From the NCBI GenBank assembly GCA_050253415.1, contig JBFWJC010000001.1, forward strand, positions 776,679-840,678: DNA of 64,000 nucleotides. The letters run 5' to 3'. Below the pieces are notes generated by a model. The model was not told the DNA's origin. It worked only from the letters and a program-made list of their open reading frames with translations, and made no database searches. Shown here piece after piece: positions 30,244 through 40,975 of this stretch (position 1 is the stretch's first letter; each line of letters begins with the position of its first letter). The stretch is from Pedobacter sp. GTDB lineage: Bacteria; Desulfobacterota; Desulfuromonadia; Desulfuromonadales; Syntrophotaleaceae. Position numbers and translations under genes: made by a program.

Positions 30244-31404
30244 TTAGCAGGATGCCGGAGCGCCAGCGGGATGCAGAGGATAGGTCGCCATGAAGGTGGT
30301 TCCTCCCTCCTTGGTGCTGGTAAAAGAAACTTCGCCCTGGAGGTAACCGCTGAGCAACCGCAAGCTGTAGGTACCTAGCCCTCGACCTGGCCCTTTGGTG
30401 GAGAAGGACCGCTGGAAAATCTGCAATTGCGTCTCTCTTGGAATGACGCCCGGGTTATGCACGCGGAACTGAATCCGCTCCCCGATGGTGCTGCACCCGA
30501 CGGTGACGGTTTCGCCTGGGGCGCAGGCCTCCAGGGCGTTTTTGATCATGTTGCCCAGCACACGGCCGAGCAGCGCGCGGTCGCTGTGGAAGATGATCTC
30601 CGGGACGTCCGATTCAAGCGCCAGATTGCGTTCTTTCGTCACCTCGTGACGCCGGTATATACCGACTGTCTTTTGTAGAAAGTCGATCAGGTGCAAGGGT
30701 TCCGGTCTGCTCTGCAGGTCCTGGTTTTCCGCCGCGACCAGTATTCTCTGATTCTGGATTTCTTCGATAGTCTGGTCGGCCGCGGCTTGAATCAGGGTGT
30801 AGATTTCCTCTTTCTCAGCCGGTGGCTGGTGCAGAAGGAGTTCGGCGAAGCCGCGGATGCTGCCGGTCACGTTGAGGATATCGTGGAAAAAAATGTGTTC
30901 AAGGACCTGACGTCGTTTTTCGTGGCTGATGTCGCAGATGGTGAAAACGCTGAACGACTCCCCTGCACAGCTGAGCGGAGTCGTCTTTATCCGCAGATCG
31001 AGAGCCTCGTGCTGGCCTTCCCTGGAGCGGGAGATGCGACACTCCTGCTGATCTGTCCGGCCCGCCAAGCCGGATAGCGTCGCCAGCACCGCGCCGCAGG
31101 TTCTGCAGGCCTCGCTGGTTCCGCAGCCACCCTCGGCTTTTACGGCGACAGGGCAATCAAGCACCTCGCCTGGGCGTAAGCCATGAATCTGACGCTCCTC
31201 CTCCGCGATCATTTCCAGCGCGCCCCGATTGGCGTAAACGATCTGGTGGGATTGGTTGAGGATCATCAGCGGGGTGGGGATGGCGTCGAGCAACTGGCGG
31301 TTAAGGGAATCATCGGAAAAATATGCGACCTGTCGATGAAGGTCGCACGTGGGGGCGCGTTCGGGTGGGGCAAGGGGAGCAGTATGGGAAGCGCCGGTCG
31401 ACAT
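30244..31404 (-). CDS. Cytoplasmic PAS sensor histidine kinase
   Basis: PAS with Cys-rich insert, FFHDILN H-box, NMIKNALEA, FSTKGPGRGLG. Confidence 0.85.
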   Translation of the reverse strand: MSTGASHTAPLAPPERAPTCDLHRQVAYFSDDSLNRQLLDAIPTPLMILNQSHQIVYANRGALEMIAEEERQIHGLRPGEVLDCPVAVKAEGGCGTSEACRTCGAVLATLSGLAGRTDQQECRISRSREGQHEALDLRIKTTPLSCAGESFSVFTICDISHEKRRQVLEHIFFHDILNVTGSIRGFAELLLHQPPAEKEEIYTLIQAAADQTIEEIQNQRILVAAENQDLQSRPEPLHLIDFLQKTVGIYRRHEVTKERNLALESDVPEIIFHSDRALLGRVLGNMIKNALEACAPGETVTVGCSTIGERIQFRVHNPGVIPRETQLQIFQRSFSTKGPGRGLGTYSLRLLSGYLQGEVSFTSTKEGGTTFMATYPLHPAGAPASC

Positions 31405-31561
31405 GATTGATTCCCTTCGAAGCGGATTGCTTCGTCTGTTATTACTGCAGGAGATGCCATGATGTCAACAAGTTAGCGTCGCTTCCGCTGCTCAGCCAGG
31501 CACCCATCGGTTTACGGTCGTTTGTCGGCCGGTGTATTTGCCGAAACGGCATTCCGTCGAT

Positions 31562-31586
31562 TGTAGCACAGTCGGTATGTGTTACA
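31562..31586. promoter_or_regulatory. Palindromic operator candidate upstream of the metal ABC operon
   Basis: TGTAGCACA-N7-TGTGTTACA (8/9 inverted match), 50 nt before the ATG. Confidence 0.45.
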
Positions 31587-31635
31587 TTTATCCGTATCAT
31601 GAGTGTTTGAAATGTTTTTTATCCAGGGAGGGGTT

Positions 31636-32562
31636 ATGTCACGTTTGTTTGCTCTGTTCTTCGCTCTGCTGTGGATGTCGGTATCGACAAGCCATGCCGC
31701 GCGGTCCGATGGCGGCACCCCTCTGCTGGTGGCCTCCACCACCCAGATCGCCGATTTCGCCCGGCAGATCGCCGGCGACCTATGGATCGTCAAAAGCATT
31801 TTGGCGCCGGGCGCCGATCCCCATACCTATCAGCCTACGCCGGATGATGTGCAGATCGTGCTGGGAGCCGACCTATGTCTGGAGAACGGCCTTCACCTGG
31901 AAGGCAAGAACTGGATGGCCACCCTGGCAGGCGACGCCGGCAAACCGCTGGTCACCGCCGCCCGCGGTCTGGCCCCCTTGGAGATCAGTGCCAACGGTCA
32001 GAGTATCGCCGACCCCCATGCCTGGTTCACGCCCGTCAATGCGGCCCTGTATGTCAACAACATCGTCCAGGCTCTGGAGCGATTCGATGCTGCCCACGCC
32101 GAAGAATACCGGGCGCGGGCCACTCTTTACCTGCAGCAGCTACGCGTGTTGGATGCCTGGATCCGGGCGCAGGTCAATCGCATTGCACCGCAGCAGCGCA
32201 TCCTGGTTACCACCCACGATGCCTTTAACTATTTTTGTCGCGAATACCGGTTCAATGCCGACAACAACTTTCTGAGCATCGCTCCGGTGGGGTGGTCCAC
32301 CGGCAGCGAGGTAGGCGCCGGCATGACCCCGGAGCGGCGTCGCCAGGTGGTGGCATCGATCCGGCAGGCCGGGGCGCCGGCGATCTTTGTAGAAACCACC
32401 ATCAATCCCAAGCAGATCCGCGAGATCGCCAGGGAAACCGGTGTCAAAATCGGCGGGGAACTTTATTCCGACTCCATGGGACCGCCCGGCAGCGCCGGAG
32501 AAACCTATATCGGCATGATGCGGGAGAATGTGTTGCTGATCGTGCAGGCGCTGACACCTTAA
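31636..32562 (+). CDS. Mn/Zn/Fe ABC transporter substrate-binding protein (TroA/ZnuA family)
   Basis: DPHTY, DPHAW, TTHDAFNYF, LYSDS; signal peptide. Confidence 0.92.
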   Translation: MSRLFALFFALLWMSVSTSHAARSDGGTPLLVASTTQIADFARQIAGDLWIVKSILAPGADPHTYQPTPDDVQIVLGADLCLENGLHLEGKNWMATLAGDAGKPLVTAARGLAPLEISANGQSIADPHAWFTPVNAALYVNNIVQALERFDAAHAEEYRARATLYLQQLRVLDAWIRAQVNRIAPQQRILVTTHDAFNYFCREYRFNADNNFLSIAPVGWSTGSEVGAGMTPERRRQVVASIRQAGAPAIFVETTINPKQIREIARETGVKIGGELYSDSMGPPGSAGETYIGMMRENVLLIVQALTP

Positions 32563-32618
32563 GTCCCGGGTCACGGATTCAAAGTCCAAAGTCCAAAGTC
32601 AAGGGACCGGGGACCGCC
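32563..32618. repeat. Degenerate heptamer tandem array
   Basis: GTCCCGG GTCACGG ATTCAAA GTCCAAA GTCCAAA GTCAAGG GACCGGG. Confidence 0.55.
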
Positions 32619-32634
32619 TTCAAAGGATTCATCT

Positions 32635-33141
32635 ATGCGTTTTATTCTGACGGCTCTGATCTGGCTGCTCATGCTCGGTGGCCTGAGTCTCTATATCTAT
32701 CAGCGGGATCGGCATGCGCCGGTTGCAATCCAGGCGCCGATCACTCATGAGGTCGCTGGTCAGGACTATCTTCTGGAAATCACCCCGACCTTTTCCCCCG
32801 AATCCGACCCCTTTGCCCTGCGAGGGGATGCCGGCGATGCCACTTCGCTGGTGGTGCGCACCGCGCAGCGGGAACTGTTTCGCGCCGAGGGGGAGTTGGA
32901 ACGGGGCGTACCGGTGCGGGTGCAACCGGTGCGCGGATTGGTGGAGGGTCGCAATGAGCTGTATGTGCAGGCCCAGCCGCCCCTTGGCGAATCCCACCGG
33001 GATCATGCGGTGCGGGTGCGGCTGCTGCGGGGTAATCGGGTCGTGGTGGACGAGACGATCTGGGGGCAAAAAGGTGCCAGCGTCGCCGGAACCATCCCCT
33101 TTACGCTTACGGCTACCGCGGAGGATGCACATGACCACTGA
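32635..33141 (+). CDS. Membrane-anchored hypothetical protein inside the ABC operon
   Basis: N-terminal TM; beta-rich body; overlaps next gene; ends EDAHDH. Confidence 0.7.
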   Translation: MRFILTALIWLLMLGGLSLYIYQRDRHAPVAIQAPITHEVAGQDYLLEITPTFSPESDPFALRGDAGDATSLVVRTAQRELFRAEGELERGVPVRVQPVRGLVEGRNELYVQAQPPLGESHRDHAVRVRLLRGNRVVVDETIWGQKGASVAGTIPFTLTATAEDAHDH

Positions 33142-33892
33142 ACAGATCCCAGCCATCGAGGTGCGCCATCTGACGGTCAGTTACGGCGAACGCCCGGCTC
33201 TTCTGGATGTCTCGGTGACCATCGAGCCTGACCAGTTGGTGGGAGTGATCGGTCCCAACGGCTCGGGCAAATCGACCCTGATCAAGGCGATACTCGGGTT
33301 TGTCCGACCGGATGTCGGCGAAGTGCGTATCTCCGGCCAAAATGTGGACAAGGCCAAGGGGCAGGTGGCCTACGTGCCCCAACGTGGTGCGGTGGACTGG
33401 GACTTTCCCATTACCGTGCAGGAGGTGGCGCTCATGGGGCGCTATCAGCAGGTGCCCTGGCATCGCAGCCTGCGCAAAATCGATCGGGAAGCGGCGCTGG
33501 AGGCCCTGGACATGGTGCGCATGAGCGATTTTGCCGATCGTCAGATCGGCCAACTCTCCGGCGGGCAACAGCAACGGGTGTTTCTGGCCCGTGCGCTGGC
33601 CCAGGGGGCGGACATCCTGCTTTTGGACGAGCCTTTCGCAGGTGTCGACGCGGCCACAGAACGGGCCATTCTGGAAGTGCTGGAGCGGGCCAAGGCGGCC
33701 GGCAAGACCCTGGTGGTGGTGCACCACGATCTGGCCACCGCGGCGGAGTATTTCGATAACCTGATCCTGCTCAAGCAGCGCCTGTATGCTTACGGCCCAC
33801 CGCGGGCCGTGCTGCAGGAAGAGCTGCTCAGCCAGGTGTACGAGGGCCGCTTGCGGGTATTCGCCGATCTGGCGGCAGGAAAGGGGGGCTGA
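33131..33892 (+). CDS. Metal ABC transporter ATP-binding protein
   Basis: GPNGSGKS, YVPQ, LSGGQQQR, LLDEP, VHHD. Confidence 0.93.
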   Translation: MTTEQIPAIEVRHLTVSYGERPALLDVSVTIEPDQLVGVIGPNGSGKSTLIKAILGFVRPDVGEVRISGQNVDKAKGQVAYVPQRGAVDWDFPITVQEVALMGRYQQVPWHRSLRKIDREAALEALDMVRMSDFADRQIGQLSGGQQQRVFLARALAQGADILLLDEPFAGVDAATERAILEVLERAKAAGKTLVVVHHDLATAAEYFDNLILLKQRLYAYGPPRAVLQEELLSQVYEGRLRVFADLAAGKGG

Positions 33893-35184
33893 TGGACTTT
33901 CTGCTGCAGGCTTTTTGGGCGCCCCTGACCGAGACCTATTTCCAGAAGGCCTTGATTGGCGGCTGCATCGTCGCGGTGGTTGCGGCGGTGGTCGGTTGCC
34001 TGGTGGTATTGCGGCGCATGGCATTTCTCGGCGACGCTTTGTCCCATGCCATGATCGCCGGGGTGGCCGGAGGCTACCTGGTGATGAAGCTGCTGTTCGG
34101 ATTGGAGGCCCATGCCCCCGGCATGCTGCTGGGATCGCTGCTGGCTGCTGTGCTCACGGTTGCCCTGATCGGTTTTGTATCGCGTATCTCGCGGGTCAAG
34201 GAGGACACCGCCATCGGCATCATGTACACCGGCATTTTTGCTCTGGGGGTGGTCGTGGTATCGATCTTCAGGCATTTTATCCATATCGATCTGATGCATT
34301 TCATCATGGGCGATATTCTGGGCGTGGCCGACAGCGACCTGTGGGTAAGCGCCATCGTCGCTCCGCTGGTGCTCAGTCTCCTGATCCTGTTCTACCGGCA
34401 TTTCCAGCTTTCCACCTTCGACCCGGTGATGGCCGCCTCCATCGGCTTGCCGGTACTGCTGCTCGATTACGTGCTGACTACCTGCGTGTCGTTGGTGGTG
34501 GTCAGCGCCGTGAGCATGGTCGGCGTGATTCTGGTGGTCGGGTTGTTGATCACACCGGCGGCCACCGCCTATCTGCTGTGCGACCGGCTGGATCGAATGA
34601 TGCTGCTGGCGGCCCTGTTCGGCATCACCAGCGTGATCGGCGGATTGTATCTGTGCGTGTGGCTCGATTCGGCGGGAGGCGGCGCCATCATGCTGTTCTG
34701 TACCCTGCAATTTCTGGTGGTCTTGACCGTCGCTCCGCGTTACGGACTGCTGGCACGCTGGCTGCGAATGCGGCGTCTGGTGCCCCAGCAGGTAGTGGAG
34801 GACGTGCTGACCACCATTTTGCGCCACGAAGGGAGCACGCCCCTGGCGATTATGCGTCGGCATGTACCGCAGCCAGCCGCCCTGCCCAAAGCTTTGAAAA
34901 AGATGGCCCAGGACGGTCTGATCCATATGGCAGACGACGGATATCGGCTTACCGAAGCGGGGAAAAAGGAAGCCGCCAAAGTGTTGCGCGCTCACCGGCT
35001 GTGGGAAACCTACCTGGAATCCATCGGCACGCCGCAGGAGCAGCTGCACACCACCGCCCATCATCTTGAACATGTGCGGACCGACGGCACGGTCGACTAC
35101 CTGGATAAGAAACTTGGCCAGCCGCAACGCGATCCCCATGGAAAAAGAATTCCTCCCCCCTCGAAAAACGACAATCAGGCCTGA
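33892..35184 (+). CDS. Metal ABC permease fused to C-terminal DtxR/MntR-type domain
   Basis: ABC-3 motifs GDALSHA, EDTAIG, FDP; C-terminal LTEAGKKEAAKVLRAHRLWETYL...AHHLEH...LGQPQRDPHGKRIP. Confidence 0.9.
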   Translation: MDFLLQAFWAPLTETYFQKALIGGCIVAVVAAVVGCLVVLRRMAFLGDALSHAMIAGVAGGYLVMKLLFGLEAHAPGMLLGSLLAAVLTVALIGFVSRISRVKEDTAIGIMYTGIFALGVVVVSIFRHFIHIDLMHFIMGDILGVADSDLWVSAIVAPLVLSLLILFYRHFQLSTFDPVMAASIGLPVLLLDYVLTTCVSLVVVSAVSMVGVILVVGLLITPAATAYLLCDRLDRMMLLAALFGITSVIGGLYLCVWLDSAGGGAIMLFCTLQFLVVLTVAPRYGLLARWLRMRRLVPQQVVEDVLTTILRHEGSTPLAIMRRHVPQPAALPKALKKMAQDGLIHMADDGYRLTEAGKKEAAKVLRAHRLWETYLESIGTPQEQLHTTAHHLEHVRTDGTVDYLDKKLGQPQRDPHGKRIPPPSKNDNQA

Positions 35185-35391
35185 GGGTGCATCCTCTGCC
35201 TCGGCGACATATCGGGACATCGCGTGCCGAATTCCCTCGGGCAACCTGTCGGCTGATTCTGCTATAATGGAAGCAGTATAAGAACTGTACTGCACTCCGT
35301 CGATCCCGGCATGACTTCGTCCAACCGGCTCTTCACTATGCCCTGCCATGATTCCTGCCGGGGGCGGCCCATGCTCCTCCCCGGAGGTTTT

Positions 35392-37542
35392 ATGTCCAAG
35401 GTCAAGTATGAGGAGGACCCGGTCCTCCGTCTTTCCCGCGTCGATACCTCGTCGCTGCCTGCTGACGGCGGCGAACAATATAACCGGCTGATCTTCTCCA
35501 AGAGTCCCTATCTTCTCCAGCACGCCGAAAACCCCATCGACTGGCATATGTGGAGCGATGAGGCCTTTGCCCGGGCCCGGTCCGAGGACAAACCGGTTTT
35601 TCTATCCATCGGTTACTCTACCTGCCATTGGTGCCATGTCATGGCTCACGAATCCTTTGAGGATCATCAGGTGGCCGAGGTTCTTAATCGCCATTTCATC
35701 CCCATTAAGGTGGATCGGGAGGAGCGTCCGGATCTCGACAATACCTATATGATGACCTGCCAGATGCTGACCGGCAAAGGCGGCTGGCCCACCACCCTGA
35801 TTCTGACCCCCGAAAAAAAGCCGTTTTTCGCTGCGACCTACCTCCCTAAAACCGGCCGGATGGGCATGATCGGCCTGATGGATCTGTTGGCCAAGGTCGC
35901 CGAACTCTGGGCTTCCGACCGCAACGGGCTGTTGGATATCGGGGAGAAAATCAGCCAGGCTCTGCAACAAGTGGAAGCGGCCAGACCGGAGGCCGGAGAT
36001 CTGTCTGCGGATGTTTTAAACAAGGCCTATGCCCAGTACCTGGAAATCTTCGACAAGATGTACGCCGGCTTCGGCGAAGCTCCGAAGTTTCCCGCCCCTC
36101 ATAACCTTTCCCTGTTGCTGCGCCTGGGCCAGTCCCTGTCGGAAGATAAGGCCCGGGTCATGGCTTTGCAGACTCTGCAGCGTATGCGGCTGGGGGGGAT
36201 TTTCGACCAGATCGGTTTCGGCCTGCATCGTTATTCTGTCGATCAGCGCTGGCTGGTGCCGCATTTTGAAAAGATGCTCTACGATCAGGCGCTGGCCATG
36301 CTGGCCTATGTAGATGGTTTCCAGGATAGTGGCGACGATTTTTACCGCCAGTGCGCCCTGGAGATCGCCGATTACGTGCAGCGCGACCTGACCGATGCGC
36401 AAGGCGGATTCTACTGCGGGGAAGATGCCGATTCGGAAGGGGCCGAAGGGACGTTCTATCTGTGGACTCCGGAGCAGGTAATGCACGTACTGGGCGAAGA
36501 GTTGGGCACCGTTTTTTGCCACTCCTTCGATATCACCCCGGAAGGCAATTTCGAAGGGCGCAGCATCCCGCATCTTGAATTGGACCTTGTCGAGCTTGCC
36601 GAGCGGGCCGGGGTGCCGGTGGCTCAGCTGTCGTCGGCCCTTGCCGAGGGGCGCAAACGCCTGTTCGAGGCACGCCTGCAACGTATCCGTCCCCACCGGG
36701 ACGACAAGGTGCTGACCGGCTGGAACGGGCTGGCCATCGCGGCTTTTGCACGGGCCGGGGCGGTGTTGGCGGAAGAGAAACTGCTGGATGCGGCCGGAAA
36801 CGCCGCCGAATTTATCCTGCAATACCTGCGCGACGAGAACGGTCGGCTGCTGCGCAGGTATCGCCAGGGCGAGGCGGCCATCCCTGCTTTCCTGGAAGAT
36901 TATGCTTTCCTTATCTGGGGGCTGATCGAGCTGTACCTGGCCGGATTCGAGAATTGGTATCTGGAAGCCGCCCTCGATCTTACTTCCAACATGGAGGAAC
37001 TTTTCAGCGATGGACAGGGGGGCTTTTTCGACACCGGTAAAGATGTCGAAGCGGTATTGACCCGGGGGCGCTCGTTGCAGGATGTCGCCATCCCTTCAGG
37101 CCTTTCGGCGATTGCCCTCGATCTGCTGCGGCTGGGTCGCATGACCGGTGACACGGAGATGGAAGCGCGGGGCGAACAGGTGTTGCGCAGCCACCTCGGC
37201 CAGGTGCACCAATATCCCTCGGGGTATGCCCAGTTTCTGATCGCCCTGGATTACGCTCTGGGGCCAAAGACCGAAATCGTGATCGCCTGGGACGGCAAGC
37301 AATTCCCGCATGACCTGCTGCGGGAGATTCATTCCCGCTTTTTGCCACGGACCGTGGTTATGCTTCACCACAACGACCAGCCATCGTCAGCACCCGTTGC
37401 CGCCCTGGCAACGGGCAAAGAACCTATGGATGGTAAACCGACCGCCTATCTCTGTTGCGACCAGAGCTGTCGCAATCCGGTGACCGATCCGCAGGAACTG
37501 GCAGGTATGCTGGATGAAATACTCCAGGGAAGGCACGGTTAA
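35392..37542 (+). CDS. Thioredoxin-domain protein (YyaL/SSP411 family)
   Basis: [38 protein letters not shown]. Confidence 0.92.
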   Translation: MSKVKYEEDPVLRLSRVDTSSLPADGGEQYNRLIFSKSPYLLQHAENPIDWHMWSDEAFARARSEDKPVFLSIGYSTCHWCHVMAHESFEDHQVAEVLNRHFIPIKVDREERPDLDNTYMMTCQMLTGKGGWPTTLILTPEKKPFFAATYLPKTGRMGMIGLMDLLAKVAELWASDRNGLLDIGEKISQALQQVEAARPEAGDLSADVLNKAYAQYLEIFDKMYAGFGEAPKFPAPHNLSLLLRLGQSLSEDKARVMALQTLQRMRLGGIFDQIGFGLHRYSVDQRWLVPHFEKMLYDQALAMLAYVDGFQDSGDDFYRQCALEIADYVQRDLTDAQGGFYCGEDADSEGAEGTFYLWTPEQVMHVLGEELGTVFCHSFDITPEGNFEGRSIPHLELDLVELAERAGVPVAQLSSALAEGRKRLFEARLQRIRPHRDDKVLTGWNGLAIAAFARAGAVLAEEKLLDAAGNAAEFILQYLRDENGRLLRRYRQGEAAIPAFLEDYAFLIWGLIELYLAGFENWYLEAALDLTSNMEELFSDGQGGFFDTGKDVEAVLTRGRSLQDVAIPSGLSAIALDLLRLGRMTGDTEMEARGEQVLRSHLGQVHQYPSGYAQFLIALDYALGPKTEIVIAWDGKQFPHDLLREIHSRFLPRTVVMLHHNDQPSSAPVAALATGKEPMDGKPTAYLCCDQSCRNPVTDPQELAGMLDEILQGRHG

Positions 37543-37702
37543 TCCTGTCCCTAAAACGTCATCCTCCCCCCGTTTCGGACGACCAGGAGTCTGTTGGACC
37601 CCTGGTCATGCCGTGAAAAAACGTACGGTGCTGCAAAAGATTTTGTTATAGTAGCAGGCGCCTTGCCCTTCGCAGCCATGTATTTTGAACACGGTATCCG
37701 CC

Positions 37703-37741
37703 ATGACATTTTCTTTACAAACTTTTTACCTCCTGATGACC
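37703..37741 (+). promoter_or_regulatory. Four direct repeats at 11-bp period (OmpR/PhoB-type binding array)
   Basis: ATGACA 37703, TTTACA 37714, TTTACC 37725, ATGACC 37736. Confidence 0.6.
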
Positions 37742-37868
37742 ACCTGCCTGCCTTGACATGCTCTAATGGCACCAGAACCTCGGAGTCTTTGTCGTTATCG
37801 CAATCTTGGCCGGGATCATTCATAAAGCCGTATGGCTCGATCCAGGGCTAAAACGAAAGGAGCATGTC

Positions 37869-39197
37869 ATGTTGGGGAAATCGTTTGCCCTGTTGTCCGC
37901 CGGTCTGTTGCTGGGTCTTTCCAGTCTGGCCCAGGCTGCGCCGTTGGTTAAATGTCAGGTGGAGCTCGATCGGCGGGTATTGCTGGCCGGCCCGGCCCAG
38001 ACCACCATTATCAAAATCGCTCTGGATGCGCCGCCGGTGCCGCGTACCGACCAGCGGCCGCCGGTGAATCTGGCCCTGGTGATCGACCGCTCCGGCTCCA
38101 TGAGCGGCAGCAAGATCGCCAAGGCCCGCGAAGCGGCGATCGAAGCGCTGCACCGCCTTGCTCCAGGCGATCTGTTCTCGCTGGTGGTTTACGACGATAC
38201 CGTGCAGACGCTGGTGCCCGCTCAGCCCGTTGGCAACATCGAGGCCATCGAGGCACAGATCCGCCGCATTCAACCCGGCGGTTCCACCGCGCTGTTCAGC
38301 GCCGTCAGCCAGGGGGCGGCTGAAGTGAGGAAGTACACCGACAGCTCCTACGTGCACCGGGTGGTGCTGCTGTCCGACGGTCTGGCGAACATCGGACCGA
38401 GCAACCCCGATGACCTGGCGCGGCTGGGCGCTGCCCTGCTCAAGGAAGGCATCTCGGTCACCACGGTGGGGGTCGGTACCGATTTCAACGAAGATCTCAT
38501 GGCGCAGCTGGCCGAACGCAGCGACGGTAACCACTATTTCGTCGAATCAAGCGCCGATCTGCCGCGCATCTTTGCCGCCGAACTCGGCGACGTCCTCAGT
38601 GTGGTGGCCCGCAAGGTGGTGATCCGTATCGATTGTCCTGACGGGGTCAGACCGCTGCGTATTATCGGCCGCGAAGGCAGCATCCGTGGACAGAAGGTCG
38701 AAATACGCATGAACCAGCTCTACGGCGGCCAGGAAAAATACGCCCTGGTCGAAGTCGAAGTGCCTGCCTCGCAAGCGGGCCATAGCCTTGATTTGGCCAA
38801 GGTCGACTGCCGCTATCGGAACGCCCTGACCGATGTGGGTGAATCCTCGACGGCCGTGGTGCAGACCCGTTTCAGCCGGCGTCCGGAAGAGGTGCGCCGG
38901 GCAGCCAGCAAGGAAGTACAGAAATCGGTGGTGGAAAACGAAATGGCCGTGGCCCGTGACAAGGCTCTCAATCTCTACAATGCCGGGCGCAAGGACGAAG
39001 CCGCCCAGGCGCTACGAGAAAAGAGCACCTCATTGCAGGAGCAGAATGCCAGCCTTGGCTTCTCGGATCTGGCGGACGAGGCCGGACAGCTGCAGCAGGA
39101 GGCGGTCGAGTTTGAAGCCGACCAGCTCGATAACACCCGCAAAAAGGAACTGCGTTCGGAGAGCTTCAAGGTGCGCAAACAACAGAAAGCTTATTAG
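37869..39197 (+). CDS. Secreted VWA-domain protein (YfbK-like)
   Basis: Signal peptide; MIDAS DRSGSMS, GGSTAL, LLSDG. Confidence 0.88.
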   Translation: MLGKSFALLSAGLLLGLSSLAQAAPLVKCQVELDRRVLLAGPAQTTIIKIALDAPPVPRTDQRPPVNLALVIDRSGSMSGSKIAKAREAAIEALHRLAPGDLFSLVVYDDTVQTLVPAQPVGNIEAIEAQIRRIQPGGSTALFSAVSQGAAEVRKYTDSSYVHRVVLLSDGLANIGPSNPDDLARLGAALLKEGISVTTVGVGTDFNEDLMAQLAERSDGNHYFVESSADLPRIFAAELGDVLSVVARKVVIRIDCPDGVRPLRIIGREGSIRGQKVEIRMNQLYGGQEKYALVEVEVPASQAGHSLDLAKVDCRYRNALTDVGESSTAVVQTRFSRRPEEVRRAASKEVQKSVVENEMAVARDKALNLYNAGRKDEAAQALREKSTSLQEQNASLGFSDLADEAGQLQQEAVEFEADQLDNTRKKELRSESFKVRKQQKAY

Positions 39198-39301
39198 GAG
39201 TCTGTTCTGGCAAGCCAAAGCGCTCTCTGCTACATTGGTCGAAACCGCTCCTGCTTCCGGTCCGCACCGGAGGCGGGGGCATTCGACGAAGGAATCCCTG
39301 C

Positions 39302-40963
39302 ATGAAACGGATCCATTGGATCGTCGGCGCCTGGCTGTTGTTACTTATCCCGACGCTGCTGATCGGCGCCCTGGCCCTGAAGTTGTTGCGCAACGAACAA
39401 GGTCGCCTGGCCGAAAGCAACCTCAGCGCCACCCGCCAGCGGGCTGCCACCATCGCCGAGAGTCTCGACCTGGCGGTAGCCGAGGTCAAGGACGGCCTGC
39501 TCGCCAGCCTGCGTCAGATGCCCGTCGATGATCTCGAGAACAGTCTGGAAGATTGGCGGCTGGGCAATCCGTTGGTGCGCAACGTCTTTATCTGGAGCTC
39601 CGACGGCTTGCAGTTGCCTGCTCCCGGTATCCTGGGCAACGGCGAGACGGGCGCTTTCGTGACCCGCTATCAGGCCCTGTTTTCCGGCCGCATCCCCTGG
39701 CAATCACCGCAGCCTGACCGGATACAGGGGGATGCCGGTCCTGGAATCGGGGGCCGAACCGCCGCGGATAACGCTCCCGCTTCCTCCCGTAAGGAATTAC
39801 GACTTCTGGCCCAGCAGCTAGGCGCTGCCTCGCAAACATCGCACATGTCAGGGTGGCTGCCGTGGTTTTGGGAGGATGGCGTTTACCTCTTCGGCTGGCT
39901 GGAAGATCCGGCCAGCGGCCGCCGTTACGGCCTGGAAGTCGAGATGATGGCGCTATTGTCCCGCCTTGTGACGAGCCTGCCCCAGCCTCCCGAAGGGGAA
40001 GTCTATGCCCTGGTGGACGGGCAGGGACGCATTGTCCATCGTACCGGCACGGGCGAGGTTGGCGTGGATACCCCGCAGCTTGCCGCCCTGCCCATCGGTT
40101 CGGAGCTGCCCCATTGGCAACTGCGTATCTATGCGCCGGGCGGTATCCATCCCGGCGTTGGCAGCCGCAGTCTGTTGCTGCTCTCGACGCTGCTGGTCGG
40201 CAGCTTCGTGGCGGCGGTGCTGTTCGGCGGCTCGCTGCTGCTGTGGCAGGCCTGGCGTCACATGCTCGATGCCCGGCGCAAGATCTCATTCGTGTCCAAT
40301 GTATCCCATGAGTTGAAGACCCCTCTGACCACCATTCGCATGTACGCTGAATTGCTGGGTGAAGGAAGTATCCGGGAGGAAACCAAGCGCGAACGTTATC
40401 TGCAGGTGATCGTTTCAGAAAGCCAGCGCCTGACCCGACTGGTCAATAACGTCCTCGACTTCAGCCGTCTGGAGCAGCGGCGCAAACACTATCATCTGAC
40501 GCCCCTGCCGCTTGCCGAAATCCTGCAACAGGTGCTCGACGGTCAGAGCATGCGTCTGCAGCAGGCCGAACTGAAGCTGGTCAGCCGTATCCCGGAGGAG
40601 TCGATGATGGTGCAGGCCGATCGGGATGCCGTCGAGCAAGTGCTGCTCAACCTTATCGACAATGCCATCAAATACGCAGCGCAGGGCGGGGAACTTGTTG
40701 TCGAACTGCAATGGCGCGACAAGGCTGCCGAGGTGCTCATCCAGGATCGCGGTCCAGGGGTTCCGGTCTCGCATCAGCAGCGCATCTTTGACCAGTTTCA
40801 TCGCGTCGACAACGACTTGACCAGTCATCGGTCCGGATGCGGACTTGGCCTCAGCATCGCGCGGCGGCTGTTGCAGGACATGCACGGTTCGCTGCGCTAC
40901 TGCCCACGGGATGGCGGTGGTGCATGTTTTGTCATGACACTGCCGGTTGCAGAGCAAAACTGA
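39302..40963 (+). CDS. Sensor histidine kinase
   Basis: Two TMs, SHELKTPL, NLIDNAIKY, DRGPG, GCGLGL. Confidence 0.92.
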   Translation: MKRIHWIVGAWLLLLIPTLLIGALALKLLRNEQGRLAESNLSATRQRAATIAESLDLAVAEVKDGLLASLRQMPVDDLENSLEDWRLGNPLVRNVFIWSSDGLQLPAPGILGNGETGAFVTRYQALFSGRIPWQSPQPDRIQGDAGPGIGGRTAADNAPASSRKELRLLAQQLGAASQTSHMSGWLPWFWEDGVYLFGWLEDPASGRRYGLEVEMMALLSRLVTSLPQPPEGEVYALVDGQGRIVHRTGTGEVGVDTPQLAALPIGSELPHWQLRIYAPGGIHPGVGSRSLLLLSTLLVGSFVAAVLFGGSLLLWQAWRHMLDARRKISFVSNVSHELKTPLTTIRMYAELLGEGSIREETKRERYLQVIVSESQRLTRLVNNVLDFSRLEQRRKHYHLTPLPLAEILQQVLDGQSMRLQQAELKLVSRIPEESMMVQADRDAVEQVLLNLIDNAIKYAAQGGELVVELQWRDKAAEVLIQDRGPGVPVSHQQRIFDQFHRVDNDLTSHRSGCGLGLSIARRLLQDMHGSLRYCPRDGGGACFVMTLPVAEQN

Positions 40964-40975
40964 AAGGGATTACAC

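Noticed and set aside
37585..39206. AGGAGTCTGTT on both sides of the VWA gene as IS/MITE ends
   Set aside because: Only 11 bp, in direct orientation, with no partner inverted end or transposase
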